This document shows positions 26,161 to 40,810 of a DNA stretch of 64,000 bases, piece by piece. Made by a program: the position numbers and the translations under genes. A model generated the notes under the pieces. The model made no database searches and was not told the origin of the DNA. It saw only the letters and a program-made list of their open reading frames with translations. The DNA comes from Eledone cirrhosa. Taxonomy: Eukaryota. The stretch is from assembly GCA_964016885.1 (NCBI GenBank), contig OZ024741.1, positions 239,444,001 to 239,508,000 on the forward strand, given 5' to 3'. Numbering within the stretch: position 1 is the first letter of the stretch; every line of letters starts with the position of its first letter.

Positions 26161-27187
26161 TGTTCTGTTCACTGATAACATTTATCTGAATTATTGCAAG
26201 GGAACTGAGAGGAGAACTGCCATCATCTTTGGCTTCCACATATAATTTAAATTTCTGTTTTTTTCCAATTTCTAATGATTTTTTCAAGTATAATTTTCCA
26301 GTAATTTCATTCAAACGAAAATTATTTCTTGACTTTACATCTGTTTTCTGACTGAAATAGAAATATATTTTACCATTCCTACCAATATCTAAATCATTGG
26401 CAGATAATGTCACTATTGGAATATTTTTTTTATGGTCATGTTCCATAGAAACATTATAAATAGTCTGGGTAAATTGTGGTGTGTTATCATTTTCATCTTC
26501 TACAGATATTTTAACATTTAAAATACTTTGTTTTGGTGCAGTTCCTCCATCTTTTGCAATGACCTCAATATTGTAGCTGTCTTTATTTTCTCTGTCTAAT
26601 TTCTTTTCTAAAATGATACCTAATGTTGATATTTCATCAGCTAATTTTGATTGAGATAAGGAAAAATGTTCATCATTATTTTTTAATTCATATTTAATTA
26701 AACTGTTCTTAAAACCCACATCCTTATCAATGGCACTGGGTATTGTTTTCTTCATACCATCTCGATCTCCTTCACGAAACACTAAACTGATTTCTTTCTC
26801 AGGAAACTCAGGTTGGTGGTCATTGATGTCTTCTATTATGACTTTAATTTTTAAAATCTTCATAAATGTCTTGGATTTGTGAACAGCAACTTTAATTATT
26901 TCAAAACATTCTTTCTCATAACTACACACAGACTCAGCATCCAATGTCTGAACAGTGTACAGTTTACCTGTTTTTGTCACATTGAACAATTGTTCTCCCT
27001 TTTGTTGTAGTTGACTAAATGTAATTAAATCCTTATTCTTTAAGAAGGAGCTATCTGATGTCTGTAAGTCAGTAGCAATGTCCCCTACATAAGTATAGGG
27101 ATTTCTCTCTTCTTTAACATGGTATGTGATATCTTCACTCAGATAACAGTGGAAGAAAGTCAGTGAAATACACAGAAATAACAACAT
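23404..27187 (-). CDS. Protocadherin g3; coding exons 27187-24833, 23906/23903-23753, 23522-23404
   Basis: Same architecture; most divergent EC3; 5'UTR acceptor AG at 27244-27243. Confidence 0.95.
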
Positions 27188-28899
27188 CTCTGGTCTTGGT
27201 GCTAATACAGTGTCCTGGGAAAGATGACTATGAATATTTAATCTGAAACAGAAACAATTTCAATATATTAATGGTGTCTGATATGTTAAGTCTTGTCTTC
27301 CATTTTTTTCCTCATGAAAACAAGTGTGCAAAATGATATATAAATGAAATCCGATTAAGTTTCTTGATGTGAATTTGTGTACTAAAACGGTTAATGCTCT
27401 ATTTTGGCAGAGACATGATGACAATCAAAACACCTGCACTGTTTATCTTTCACTTTAGTTTTATTATTTATCTGGTAATTAATCAATCATTCAGTTGATT
27501 AATATTAAAATATAGGCATAATAAGAAGCTTTGAGTTATCTCTCTTGAATATGAAGTAATTTCAGATATTACACCATTTTCAATAAAACAAAGAAACATC
27601 AGATTCTAAATACTATAAGATCCTGAAAAGGTAGTATACAAATCAACATCATAAAGATATTAACCAAAAATAGTAATAATGTAATATAGTTATGAGTTAT
27701 CTTTTGTGTATTCTGTAAAACTGAACCAGATTACAGATTGAAATTTCCCAATTATTATAATCTATATTAAACAGTATTGACAAGATATCTATTTACTAAC
27801 TGCTATTGATAAATTCAGATATATATACTAAACTGAATAACATTTGATATTGTTAATATTACCACTTCAACAATTCTTCTCTCAGAAATAACATATTTTG
27901 TTAAAACCTGAAGTTCAAATAAAGTTATAATTTTAACATCTTGGATGTCACCTTAAAAACAAATTATTTAGACTGCATTCACTACATGATTCTCCTATTT
28001 GTTATATCAGCAGTTTAAGCCTTTTCCATTTTGTTTATTTATGTAAAAAATTTATGAAATTAGAATTAAAATATGAAACAAGAGATCATGTTTTTTCTTT
28101 TATTACAGTACTTGAGTACAATAAATTGTGACAGTATTAATAATTAACATTTTACAACAGATAGAATATTTGTCACAATTAGTACATGAATATTGTTCAT
28201 GCAGAATTAAGGCTACAGATTCATTATATCTCATCTTCCTAAATGTTACTAAAATTTATAACAGGAAATTATAGAAATATCATGGATATATTTGGCCTGT
28301 TATCTAAAATGTATTAATGATTGTATATTCAAAACACTAAAGATATAACATATTTGTATATATAATTTCAATCAAATCAATAAGACATTATAATATGAAG
28401 CTAGTCATCAGTAGACATATACACAGAAATAAAGACGTTTTCTTGTATGTATAAAATTATAGAATTGTGTAGAAACAAAATTTATTTATTTGAGTGTCTC
28501 ATATTATTAACATTAAACCTACATTATTGTATATATGTCAATGGTATTCTTGTTCAATACTTAGTCTATAATAAGACCATAAAATATATAACAGAATAAT
28601 ACAGTAAAAATATATAACGTAATGTTAAAATATAATTAAGATAAATATTGTAAATACATCAAAGATGACAGCAAATATTTCCAGAAGTATGTTATATAAA
28701 ACTACAATTGAACATATATTCCTCTCCCACTGTTTCTTACAAAATACTTGATAGCCATGTTGGTAAAGAAGACATTCAATGAGAACTAACACAGATCTAA
28801 TATGGCCACCATTACAATATTATATTTTGATGTTATAATATAGCTATATATGAAGTTATTATTTTACATGACTAAATAAATAAGCATGATAAAACTTAC

Positions 28900-29279
28900 A
28901 TTCATTGTGTAAAATCCTTTGTTATAAACTGTGAGTTGGTCCCAATGTTCTGTTGTTAATGGTTGTCTGTGTCACTGCTGCTATGGTGTGACAATGGCTT
29001 CATGTTGATGGAATAGTGTTGGTAGTGAGTCAGTGGGAACCAGCAGTTCCTCTCAGTCTTCTGTGTATGTGTGATGTTTACTGAGTGTGAGTGTGTGAGA
29101 GATGGGTGGGGGAGGGTGATGCTTACTCCAGCCTCACTCAGACTAGATGTGTTTCCCCTCACAGAGAAGAGGGAGAGAGAGAGAAGACACAATATCAGCT
29201 CCACTAACAGTCAGCCATAATATGTCTATATAATACCAACATGTCTGATGTAGAGAGACTGACATAGAAATAATTAGAA
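28900..29279 (-). promoter_or_regulatory. Putative promoter + non-coding exon 1 of g3
   Basis: Conserved block; GTAAGT donor at 28899; predicted intron 27243-28899. Confidence 0.6.
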
Positions 29280-29685
29280 GAGAGGTTATATTAACAAAAT
29301 ATGGCTTATGTCGTTAATGTGTAATATATAATATAAATACAATATTAATAATAATAGTTAGTGTGTGCCTGACCTAATTATAAACTAAGTCTCCTATTCA
29401 GGATATTTTTTTTTTAATTTACAGATATTGTAACCTATGTAAAATATATTTTCTCAGTAAAATTTCAAATATCATGTATATATAATTTATTATCAGGGAG
29501 AAATGTATGTTAGTTGATAATGATGATAATTCTGTTCACATTTTCAAATTAAAATTGTATTTCCTAAAGATATTTTATTAATGTAGACATTCCCATAATA
29601 TTATCAACTAATATATTATGGTAGTTTAAAATATTGTGTGAATGTTGAAGGTGATATTTCTGTTGTGTTAACTTCTCAGTCTGAC

Positions 29686-32600
29686 TTAACTAGCAACAAC
29701 ATCTGGTGTTGAAGGTAACTGTCTCTCTGGAGGTTTCACATATCTGTCTTGGTAATGGTCTCTCTCATTGTTGCTTGACACATCAGGTGGGACACCATAG
29801 ATACCTGAAATAAGTACATCAACTCAACTTACCACATAGATCACAGACAGACAATAGATATTTACTGACATTAGTTATCAATCTTTTGTCAACTGCATAC
29901 ACTGGACTAAGATATAAAATGATCATTAAAGAAGTATTTTATCAATCCTTAGAAATCATCATCAGATGAGGCTAATAATTGTTTCTACTTTAGGCACAAG
30001 GCCAGCAATTACCCAGTGCATTACTGGATGAGGCTAATAATGTCATACGTATCTGTTTGATATATACATCATCAGTGTAATGTATGTTTTTTCATGCTGT
30101 CATTAGTGGGATGAGTTCAGACAGAGATCTACAGGCAGATGCCCTTCTTGATAGTGAACCCAACACTTTTTGTAAGTAAGGTACAATTCTTTGCACATCT
30201 AAGCACTGTTCAACTAGAGCTTTCTATACATGGAACATAAACAAATATCCCCAAAAGCAATGAGTCCATGAAATGAGAAGAAACAAACACAAACACATAT
30301 AAACACATAAAAAACATATATAAAGGCTTCTTTATGTTTCTGCCTACCAAATTCATTCATAAGGCATTGTTGATCTGAGGCTATAGTAGAAGACATTTGT
30401 ATAATGTGCAGTGGGATAGAATCTAACACCAAATGGTTGCCAAAAAGTTAATAGCTAATTTTCATAATATTGATAAATAATCGTTTCTTAATCACTAGCA
30501 TTGGACATTATTTAATGAATGAATGCATGAGTGAAATTATTTTACCTGACATTGCTGGTATTTCTTCATACTGTCTACTTGACCTTTCACTCCAGCACTG
30601 TCCGCTACTCTTATGACTGGTTAATGTATCAGTGGGATAGTTAGAAGATGGTCTGTTGTCTCCATAAGATGTCACCTCTATAGGTTGACTGTATTTCTGC
30701 TGTAAAATATTGTAACAAGTTAGAGAGCAAGGATTGAATTTTTGAATGTAGACTTAAAATATCTTCAATTTCTAGCTAAAAATGGGTGTTAAAATATTGG
30801 ACCAATATAAACAAAAACATCAATTCTATAGATCCTCATCTGACCACTTTCATTCATACCATAGAAAATGTATCTAGTACAATTTATTCTGAGGATTTAG
30901 ATGTTGCAAAAAGTGATTTTAAAGCTTAACATATTTCGGAAAGATATCTAGTAATACAAGCTATGTCAATCAAAGGGTTGAAAGGATTCATTGTTGTGTC
31001 AACAACATAATCTTACATGTAATGGTGCAACAATAAAACGTATCCAGTACACCCAAATAAAGTGGTTGGTGATAAAAAAGGAAACCAGATGTTGCAACAA
31101 TATCAAAATTGGAATATATACTAGCAAGATATGGTTCCTGGGTCATCTGAGGGAACAGTAGTTCAGATTAAATACTGACTTGGTCTGTAATAACCCATTT
31201 AACCTATCTTATCAAGGGAAAATAGGCATTAAATGATAATTGTTTCTACTTTTGGCACAAGGCCAGCAATTATCCCAGTGTATTACGACCCCGTAAGGAT
31301 GAAAGGCAATGTTAACCTCGGCGGGATTTGAACTAAGTTCCTAAAGGGAAGTAACTCTTTCCTGCTAAGCATGGTGTCCGACCCTCTACCGATACCGCCA
31401 ATCCACCGCCCTTTGCTGTAAATGATAATGGTGATCCCACAGAAGAAAAAAATAAACAAAGCACTTTAGGCCTTCCTTTATTGGTGATAGTCAAAATTTA
31501 TATTGTGAGGGAGTTGTTGGTACAAAATTGGTGTCATAGTAGTCGGGGAAATTCACTGGTTACTATGCAGAAATACATTTTACAAAGGTATCAGAATTGT
31601 AAAACATAGTGTGGGTCCACAATGGTAGCTAAAATCCAATTGAGAAGTGTTAAGTTATTCTAGCTAATAATTAAGTGATTCTGGTTCTACAATATATGAA
31701 TACAACATTGATCCTCATGTCAGTTGCCTTGTTGGGAATTCATTGACCAACAAGTTACAAAGAGCAACTCATAGATTACCTAACAATTGAAAAGAGTACA
31801 AAATACATTTATATTTCTAAATTGTGATACATTATCAACCAGATATTCTAAAAAAAAAAATATTCACGATTAAAAAGTGGACATAAATTGGTAATTTAAG
31901 AAGTAAACATGAAATTTATGATATTCAATTATATTGTTCTTAATTTACAGATAGTGAAAAAACAAATCGTTTACCTTTGTGGATTTTTGAAGAGATCTGC
32001 TCATTGTTGATGTCTTCCAGTCTTCAGGATAGTAATGACTTCTAGATTGACTATATCTGTCTGATATCTCTCCTCGATTACCTGACATCACAGATACACT
32101 GTTGTTACCTTGATAGATCAACTGTCTCATCTCATTACGACATTGGTATGCCTGTTTCTCTTCTGTTGTTCTAGCTGAGTTATTTCTCACATTGTTACAT
32201 CTCACAATACACAATGTTATAGAAACCACAATAGCTATAGATACTATCACAGCTGCTACTACAATGATAATCAACAATGTTGCATCTATTGTGTTATCAG
32301 TAGGTACATGAACAGCTGTGAACATTGGTGATGTCTTGTTACTAACAGTCAGTGTTAAAGAGACACTAGTTGTTGCTGACAGAACTGGAGTACCACTGTC
32401 TTTCACAACAAACTCCAGTTGATATGATCCAGCATCATTTTGGTAAACTGTGCGAGAGTAAGATAAGACACCAGTGAATGAGTCCAGTTTAAATAATTGT
32501 CTCTCATTACCTGAAAGGATTTCATACCTGAGAAAAGCATTCATGTGACTGTCTATATCAGAGGCTTTCAGAAGTGTGATGTCATTCTTACTTTGTGGAT

Positions 32601-34323
32601 GATAGTGTATATCAAGCGTGAAAGGGTCAACACTAGGAAATGTAAAATATGGAGCATTATCATTTTTATCTAATACTTCCACTTCAACATTCACTGTGTT
32701 ATTTAGAGATGGTGTTCCATTGTCTTTGACAAAAACCTCAAAGTCATAGAAATCTCTGTGTTCTCTGTCTAAAGATTGGTTTGTTGAAATAAAGCCAGAG
32801 TTGATAATCTGGAATGGTAGACGATATTGGTGTTTATTTCTCAGATGATAACTTAATTCACCTCCCTTACCAACATCTGGGTCTGTAGCATTGATAAAAC
32901 CAATAGGGAAATTAGCTTTGTCATTCTCATAGGTAAGGAACTTGAATGTATCTTTGGTAAAGTGTGGTTTTACATCATTCACATCTAACACTTGTATTGA
33001 GAGATCTTTATCAGTTTTGAGAGGAGGTAATCCTTTATCTTGACAGGAGACAGTGAAGTGATAATGTTCCTGTGTCTCTCTGTCTACTGCTTTCTTTAGA
33101 ACTATTTTATATTCTTTAGATCCCATTGACTGTAGTTTGAATGTATCATGTTTAATATTACAGCTGACCTCTCCATTGTGTCCAACATCATTGTCAGTGA
33201 CCATCACATAAGCAATGAAACTACCAACTTTGATATCTTCCAGAATGGTAGCTGTGTTGTGATTCTCTGTAGAAATATAGTTGACATCAATATTTGGAGG
33301 ATTGTTGTGTTGGTTGATAACATTTACCAGAACAGTTGCTATGGCACTGAGTGGTGGATTGCCATTATCTCTGGCTTCAATATATAATTTAAAAAATTCT
33401 TCATCAATTTCTGAAGATTTAGCTAAATATAATTTTCCTGTATTTTCATCTAAATCAAAATATTTTTTCACTTTCTCTGCAGTTTTTGTGGCAAAATAGA
33501 AAGATATTTTACCATTCCTACCAATATCTAAATCATTGGCAGATAATGTCACTACTGGAATATTCTTTTTATGTTCATGTTCTATAGACACATTGTAGAT
33601 ACTTTGAGAAAATTCTGGTTTATTATCATTTTCATCTTCTACAGATATTTTAACATTAAAAACACTTCGTTTTGGTGGAGTTCCTCCATCTTTAGCAATG
33701 ACTTCAATGTTGTAACTGTCTTTCTTTTCTCTGTCTAATTTCTTTTCTAAAATAATTTCTAATGTTGATATTCCACCAGCTTCCTTGGAAACACTTAATG
33801 CAAATTGCCCTTCATTATCTTTTAGTTCATATCTAATTAGGCTGTTCTCATATCCCACATCTTTGTCAACCGCATTGGGTATGGCTTTCTTCATACCTCT
33901 ACCATCTCCTTCCCTAAACACTAGTGTAATGTCTTTCTCAGGAAACTCAGGTTGGTGGTCATTGATGTCTTCTATTATGACTTTAATTTTCAATATCTTC
34001 ATAAATGTCTTGGATTTGTGAACAGCAACTTTAACTATTTCAAAACATTCTTTCTCATAACTACACACAGACTCAGCATCCAATGTCTGAACAGTGTACA
34101 GTTTACCTGTTTTTGTCACATTAAACAATTGTTCTCCCTTTTGTTGTAGTTGACTAAATGTAATTAAATCCTTATTTTTTAAGAAGGAGCTATCTGATGT
34201 CTGTAAGTCAGTAGCAATGTCCCCTACATAAGTATAGGGATTTCTCTCTTCTTTAACATGGTATGTGATATGTTCACTTAGATAACAGTGGAAGAAAGTC
34301 AGTAAAATACACAGAGATAACAT
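29686..34323 (-). CDS. Protocadherin g4; coding exons 34323-31975, 30699/30696-30546, 29804-29686
   Basis: Same architecture; ectodomain nearly identical to g1; 5'UTR acceptor AG at 34373-34372. Confidence 0.95.
30310..30440 (-). mobile_element. Degraded SINE head fragment in a g4 intron
   Basis: ctatagtagaagacatttg..gtgcagtgggatagaatc resembles the reverse complement of a tRNA-derived SINE head; absent from the other paralogs. Confidence 0.45.
31235..31415 (-). mobile_element. tRNA-derived SINE with Nin/Deu-like core
   Basis: - strand: A-box-like tggcggtatcgg, B-box agttcaaatccc, core gcctttcatccttacggggtcg; fragments also at ~29975-30030 and 62650-62790. Confidence 0.7.
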
Positions 34324-34556
34324 CTCTGCCCTTGATGTTATCCTCAGAAATTAGAATTCCAAATACTCCACCTGAAAGAAAAAGATTTAATATATTAATG
34401 TGAAGTGAATAGAGTGTTATAAACATGGAAACAACATTATACCGTAGCTCCTCAAATTGTGTGTGGTGTAACACATCAATAATACTCATGTTCTCAATGT
34501 GATGTAGAAATGGATTGTATACATATATCTTTACATACATATATATATATATATAT

Positions 34557-34596
<40 letters not shown>

Positions 34597-34685
34597 ATAC
34601 ACATACACATATATATATATATACACACATACATACATACACATATATATATATACACATACATACATACACATATATATATATA

Positions 34686-36581
34686 CAACGTGAGGACCAG
34701 AAACAGGAGGTATTCAAGATTGCGAGGCAGTGTGTCAGAGATAGTTGTGATGTCATTGGAGAGAAGTGTATCCGGAATGATAAAGGTGAGCTTGCCCTCA
34801 CAAGTGCTGAGAAGAAAGATGCATGGAAGAGTCATTATGATAGATTACTAAATGAGGAGAATGCATGGGAAGAAGAGACCCTACCCCACGTAGACCCTAT
34901 AGAGGGACCAGCAGTACAAGTCAGCGGCAGCGTAGTAAGTAAGGCAATCAGAGATATGAAGATAGGGAAGGCAACCAGTCCATCGGGTATAGCTGCCGAG
35001 ATGCTGAAGGCATCTGGGTCTGTAGGTCACACTATAACCACACGTATTGTTAACCAGGTAATACTAGAGGGGGCCATACCAAAAGATTGGTGCAGTAGCA
35101 TCATTGTCAACTGCTACAAAGGTAAAGGCGATGCACTAGATAGAGGAAACTATAGAGGTATAAAGTTGATGGACCAGGTCATGAAAGTAACAGAAAGAGT
35201 TATAGCACAGCTGATTAGGGACCGGGTGAATATAGACGAGATGCAATTTGGGTTTGTACCAGGGAAAGGCACCACTGATGCGCTCTTCCTTGTGAGGCAA
35301 TTACAGGAAAAGTACCTAGCTAAAAGTAAGCCACTCTACTTGGCATTTGTCGACCTTGAGAAAGCCTTTGACAGAGTTCCACGTGCAGTAATCTGGTGGG
35401 CTCTTAGAAAACTAGGAGTAGATGAATGGCTTGTGAAAGCGGTACAAGCCATGTATAGGGGAGCAGTCAGCAAAGTTAGGATTGGCAATGAGTATAGCGA
35501 GGAATTTAGCGTACAGGTTGGGGTCCACCAGGGCTCTGTTCTTAGCCCTCTCCTGTTCATCATAGTCCTGCAGGCAATAACGGAGGAGTTTAAGACCGGA
35601 TGCCCATGGGAACTCCTGTATGCTGATGACCTCGCACTCATAGCTGAATCTATGGTAGAACTAGAGAATAAATTCCAAACCTGGAAGCAGGGACTAGAGA
35701 GAAAGGGCCTCAAAGTCAACATGACAAAGACTAAGGTCCTTATAAGTAGACGAGAAAACAGAACCCAGATCCCCTCAGGGAAATGGCCTTGCTCAGTATG
35801 TAGGAAAGGTGTAGGTAGGAACTCCATTCTTTGCCCCAAATGCAAACAATGGGTACACAAGAGATGTAGCGGGATCTCAGGAAGCTTAATTAAGAATGTA
35901 GGATTCACATGCAGCAGCTGTGCTGAAACAGCAAGCAAACAGCCACAGGAAACAAGTACCACCAATCTCTGGGAGGGCCCTGTAGAAACAGTAGACAGCT
36001 TCTGCTACCTAGGTGACCGAATTAGCAACGGAGGTGGGTGCTCAGAAAGTACAATAACTAGGGTAAGAACGGGATGGAAGAAGTTTAGGGAACTACTACC
36101 ACTGCTAGCTGCAAAAGGCTTCTCCCTCAGAATGAAAGGCAGACTGTATGATGCGTGTATCCGAACAGCGATGTTGCATGGTAGTGAGACCTGGGCGCTG
36201 AAGGTGGAAGACTTACGTAGATTAGAGAGAAACGAAGCCTGCATGCTCCGATGGATGTGTAACAGTAATATACGTGAACGACAAAGCATAAATGAATTGA
36301 GAGAGAGACTGAGCATAAGAGGAATCAAATGCTGCGTGCAGGAGAGGCGGTTACGCTGGTATGGACATGTGATGCGTATGAAGGATGACAGCTGCATAAA
36401 AAGGTGCAGAGCACTAGAAGTTGATGGAAACCGCGGAGTGGGGAGACCCAAGATGACTTGGGATGAGGTGATAAAAGCCGACCTTACCCAACTACACCTC
36501 TCAAAGTCAATGACACACGACCGTGACTTCTGGCGTCACGCAGTAATACAGGGTACCCGACCTCCCATGGGTACATGCTGA
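34686..36581 (+). mobile_element. Second RTE-clade LINE (different subfamily), 5'-truncated, open RT ORF with PHD finger
   Basis: Same RT motifs as the 8833 element but clearly divergent; no stops over ~630 codons. Confidence 0.93.
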
Positions 36582-36611
36582 AGCATATAAACAATATGCC
36601 CCCCCCCCCCC

Positions 36612-36878
36612 CCACCGCAAGGTGGTCGTGGAGGTGCCACGGCAAAAAAGCACCCAGCCCACACTGTAAAGTGGACGTGTAGGCGCCACGAAAAAGCACC
36701 CAGCACTCACTGTAAATGAGGTTGGTGTTAGGAAGGGCATCCAGCTGTAGAAATCAAGCCAGATCAGTTCCTGTATGAGCAAGGCATGGTCAGCCGACCA
36801 GACACTGCCCACAACAGGACAACCCGTCTAACCCATGCTAGCGTGGAAGAACGGACGTAAAACGGTGATGATGATGAT
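36612..36878 (+). mobile_element. SINE-like element with (TGA)n tail
   Basis: cactgtaaatgaggttggtgttaggaagggcatccagctgtagaaa...acccatgctagcgtggaagaacggacgtaaaacggtgatgatg. Confidence 0.8.
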
Positions 36879-36959
36879 ACACATACATACACACACACAT
36901 ACATATATACACACACATACATATATACACATACATCTATATATATATATATATATATA

Positions 36960-37357
36960 CACCGTCCCACCCTTGCAAGCAGGGAAAAAGCGGCCGTAAA
37001 ATGAAATGATGATGATACATACACATATATTTACACATACATACATATATATATATATATACACATATATATATATATACACATACATACATACACACAT
37101 ATATATATTTATACACATACATACATACATACATACATACAAATATATATATATATATACACATACATACATATATATACATATACACATACATACGTAT
37201 ATATATATGTGAGGTGGTGGGAAGAGACCTCAGATCACTGAAGCTCACGGTGGAGATGACGAAGGACTGTGACAAGTGGAGAGATGCTGCGCTGAATAAG
37301 ACCCGTCCCACCCTTGCAAGTAGAGAAGAGCGGACGTAAAATGATGATGATGATGAT
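36960..37357 (+). mobile_element. Two RTE 3' fragments (36960-37016, 37209-37357) in microsatellite
   Basis: Same fragments in the same order as 6971 and 7918 in the g1 intron. Confidence 0.85.
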
Positions 37358-37413
37358 ATACACATACATACATATATATATATACATATATACACATACA
37401 TACACATATCTAT

Positions 37414-38222
37414 CTAAGGCGGGTAAAATTCCCGAGATCCATGGACGAGTTCTCTCCAGCAGTCTCTGTCCCTCATTATCGCTGCCATGTCCTGCGTCTC
37501 CAACAGACCAGTGTCTGTCCTTAGGGCATCAACATACGTTAACCTTGGTCTTCCTTTTCTAGTGCGTCCATGTAGGGGCTCCCAAAGGAGCACTGAGTGC
37601 AATGTCAACTCTGGATGTCGGTGAGCATGTGCAGCTAACCTCAGTCTCCTCTGTGTCACTTTTGAGCTGACTTTTGAGCTGACTTTTGAGCTGCCCGATG
37701 AAGATCTTACAGGCTTATGGAATCCCCAAGAAGATAGTGGACCTGATATCACTGCTCTACACCAACACCCAAGTCATTACACCTGATGGGATGACAGAGT
37801 TCTTAGGGATACTGGCTGGAGTGCTCCAGGGAGATACATTGGCTCCCTACCTTTTTATCATCGTAGTGGACTATTGTATGCGCCTTGCACTGGAGAAACA
37901 CCAGGACTCTGGCTTTACTGTAGCACCGGCTCAGAGCAGGAGAGTTAGGGCAAAAAAGGTATCGGATGCTGAATTTGCCGACGACAGTTTTGGTGACAAA
38001 TACAGTGAAGGAGGCAGAGGATTTGATGCGGGAGGTTGAGACTGTGTCGATGAGTGTGGGGCTGAGAATGAATGAGACTAAAGCAAAATATCTGGTAGAG
38101 AATGTTGAGAAGCCAGAGGGGATCACTAATGTAGGCGGGAAGCCGCAAGAATTGGTTGAGGACTTCCTGTATTTGGGAGCAGAGATTGGGAATATGGAAG
38201 ATGATGTGGTTGAGAGGAAGAA
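37414..38222 (-). mobile_element. RTE-like LINE with inverted 5' part: ORF C-terminus on - (37414-37692), RT core on + (37695-38222)
   Basis: -: RRLRLAAHAHRH..WEP..GRPRLTYVD..DRDCWR. +: [17 protein letters not shown], frameshift, [14 protein letters not shown]. Confidence 0.8.
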
Positions 38223-38261
38223 CATACACATATATATATATATATACACATCCATACATAC

Positions 38262-38294
<33 letters not shown>

Positions 38295-38375
38295 CACATA
38301 CATACATATATATATATATACACATATATATATATATACACATATATATATATACACACATATATATATATACAC

Positions 38376-38408
<33 letters not shown>

Positions 38409-38926
38409 TATATATACACACATACATACATATATATATATACACATACATACACATATATATACACATACATACATATATATATACACATACATACATA
38501 TATATATACACATACATACATATATATATATATATACACATACATACATATATATATATATATACACATACATACATATATATATATACACATACATACA
38601 TATATATATACACATACATACATATATATATATATACACATACATACATATATATATACACATACATACATATATATATATACACATACATACATATATA
38701 TATATACACATACATACATATATATATATACACATACATACATATATATACACATACATACATATATATATATACACATACATACATATATATATATATA
38801 CACATACATACATATATATATATATACACACATACATATATATATATACACATACATATATATATATACACATACATATATATATATATATACACATACA
38901 CATATATATATATATACACATACACA

Positions 38927-38964
<38 letters not shown>

Positions 38965-39190
38965 TATATACATACATACATATATATATATATACATACA
39001 TACATATATATATATACACATACACATATATATATATACATACATACATACATACATATATATACATACATATATACATATATACATACATATATATATA
39101 CATACATATATATATATATACATACATATATATATATATACACACATACATACATATATATATATATATACACATACATACATATATATA
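38223..39190. repeat. (TA)/(TACA) microsatellite
   Basis: Directly visible. Confidence 0.95.
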
Positions 39191-39782
39191 TGGTGGCTGC
39201 CAACTCGTTTTCGAGTACGGCCACTACTTTATATCCATGTAGGAGAACCCCTACCGATGCGCTGAACGAGTGTGACTTTTTAGTCCAGCCAGCGACTTGA
39301 AAACTCTGGTACAAACACTACACTTGTGACAATTACTGACACATAGTGCTGGGCCCATGGTACCATGTGACGACAAGTGCAGAGAGATCTCCAGATATAA
39401 AGCAATGCCTGTGCCGTGAAGCTTTTATAGTGAGCAAAGGCACTGCACAAAGCCAGTCCCACTCTCTTAACCAAGATGATATTTACCAAAAAGAAGAACA
39501 AGTCAACATCATTGGATACCATCAGGGTTGCAGGTGTTATATCAGAGTTTTCCTTCTCCTAGAATTCTGCCTTGACAAAGGCTAAGGGGTCATCTCTCCC
39601 GGTGATTTTGGATGGCCATTGACTCTTAAGAGCTCCTTTGCCCTTTGACAGGTTTTGTTTTTAGTCCTGCAGGATGTCCAAAGTCACCCTCCTCACCAAG
39701 AAACCTTGGTGGGGTTGCCAGTTTAGTCGCCAACGACCCGACCATGGGACAGGTTGTACTGGGATACATGTTACCAGTAGCA
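39191..39782 (-). mobile_element. Internally deleted (bipartite) RTE-like element
   Basis: - strand has an RTE 5'UTR-like ctaggagaaggaaaactctga motif (recalled, not searched), then [23 protein letters not shown] and a 3' end like that at 11553. Confidence 0.55.
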
Positions 39783-39808
39783 CATATATATATACATACA
39801 TATATACA

Positions 39809-39840
<32 letters not shown>

Positions 39841-40729
39841 CACATACACACATATATACATACATATATATATACACACATACACATATACATACATATA
39901 TACATACATATATATATACATACATATATATATACATATATATATATATACATATATATATACATATATATATATATACATATATATATACATATATATA
40001 TACATACATATATACATACACACACACACACATACACACACACATACATATATATACATATATATATACACACATATATACATATATATACACATATATA
40101 TAGATATATATATACATACACACATATATACACATACATACACATATACACATACATACATACACATATATATACACACATATACATATATATACACACA
40201 TATATATATATATACATACACATATATATACACATACATATATATACACACACATACACATATACACATACACATACATATATATATATATACACATATA
40301 CACACATATATATACACATACATATATACACATACACACATATATATACATACACATATATATATACATACACATATACACACATATACACATATACATA
40401 TATATACACATATATATATACATACACATATATATATATATACACATATATATATACATACACATACACATATACATACACATATACACATACATACATA
40501 TACATATATATACACATATATACATACATATACATATATATACATACACATATATATACATATATATACACATACATATACACATATATATATACACATA
40601 CATATATATACACATATACATACATATATATATACATATATATATACATACACATATACATATATATATATACATATATATATATATACACATATATATA
40701 TATATATATACACATACATATATATATAT
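39783..40729. repeat. (TA)/(CA)/(TACA) microsatellite
   Basis: Directly visible. Confidence 0.95.
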
Positions 40730-40810
40730 GTAGGAGGTGAGTTTTATTGTAGTACAATAAAGCAATGCAGATATCGGATAAGAAGCACTCTACAGTTTGT
40801 AGGACTGGAG

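Noticed and set aside
39700-39782. HDV-like ribozyme
   Set aside because: P2/P4-like stems are visible but no P1 strand could be placed.
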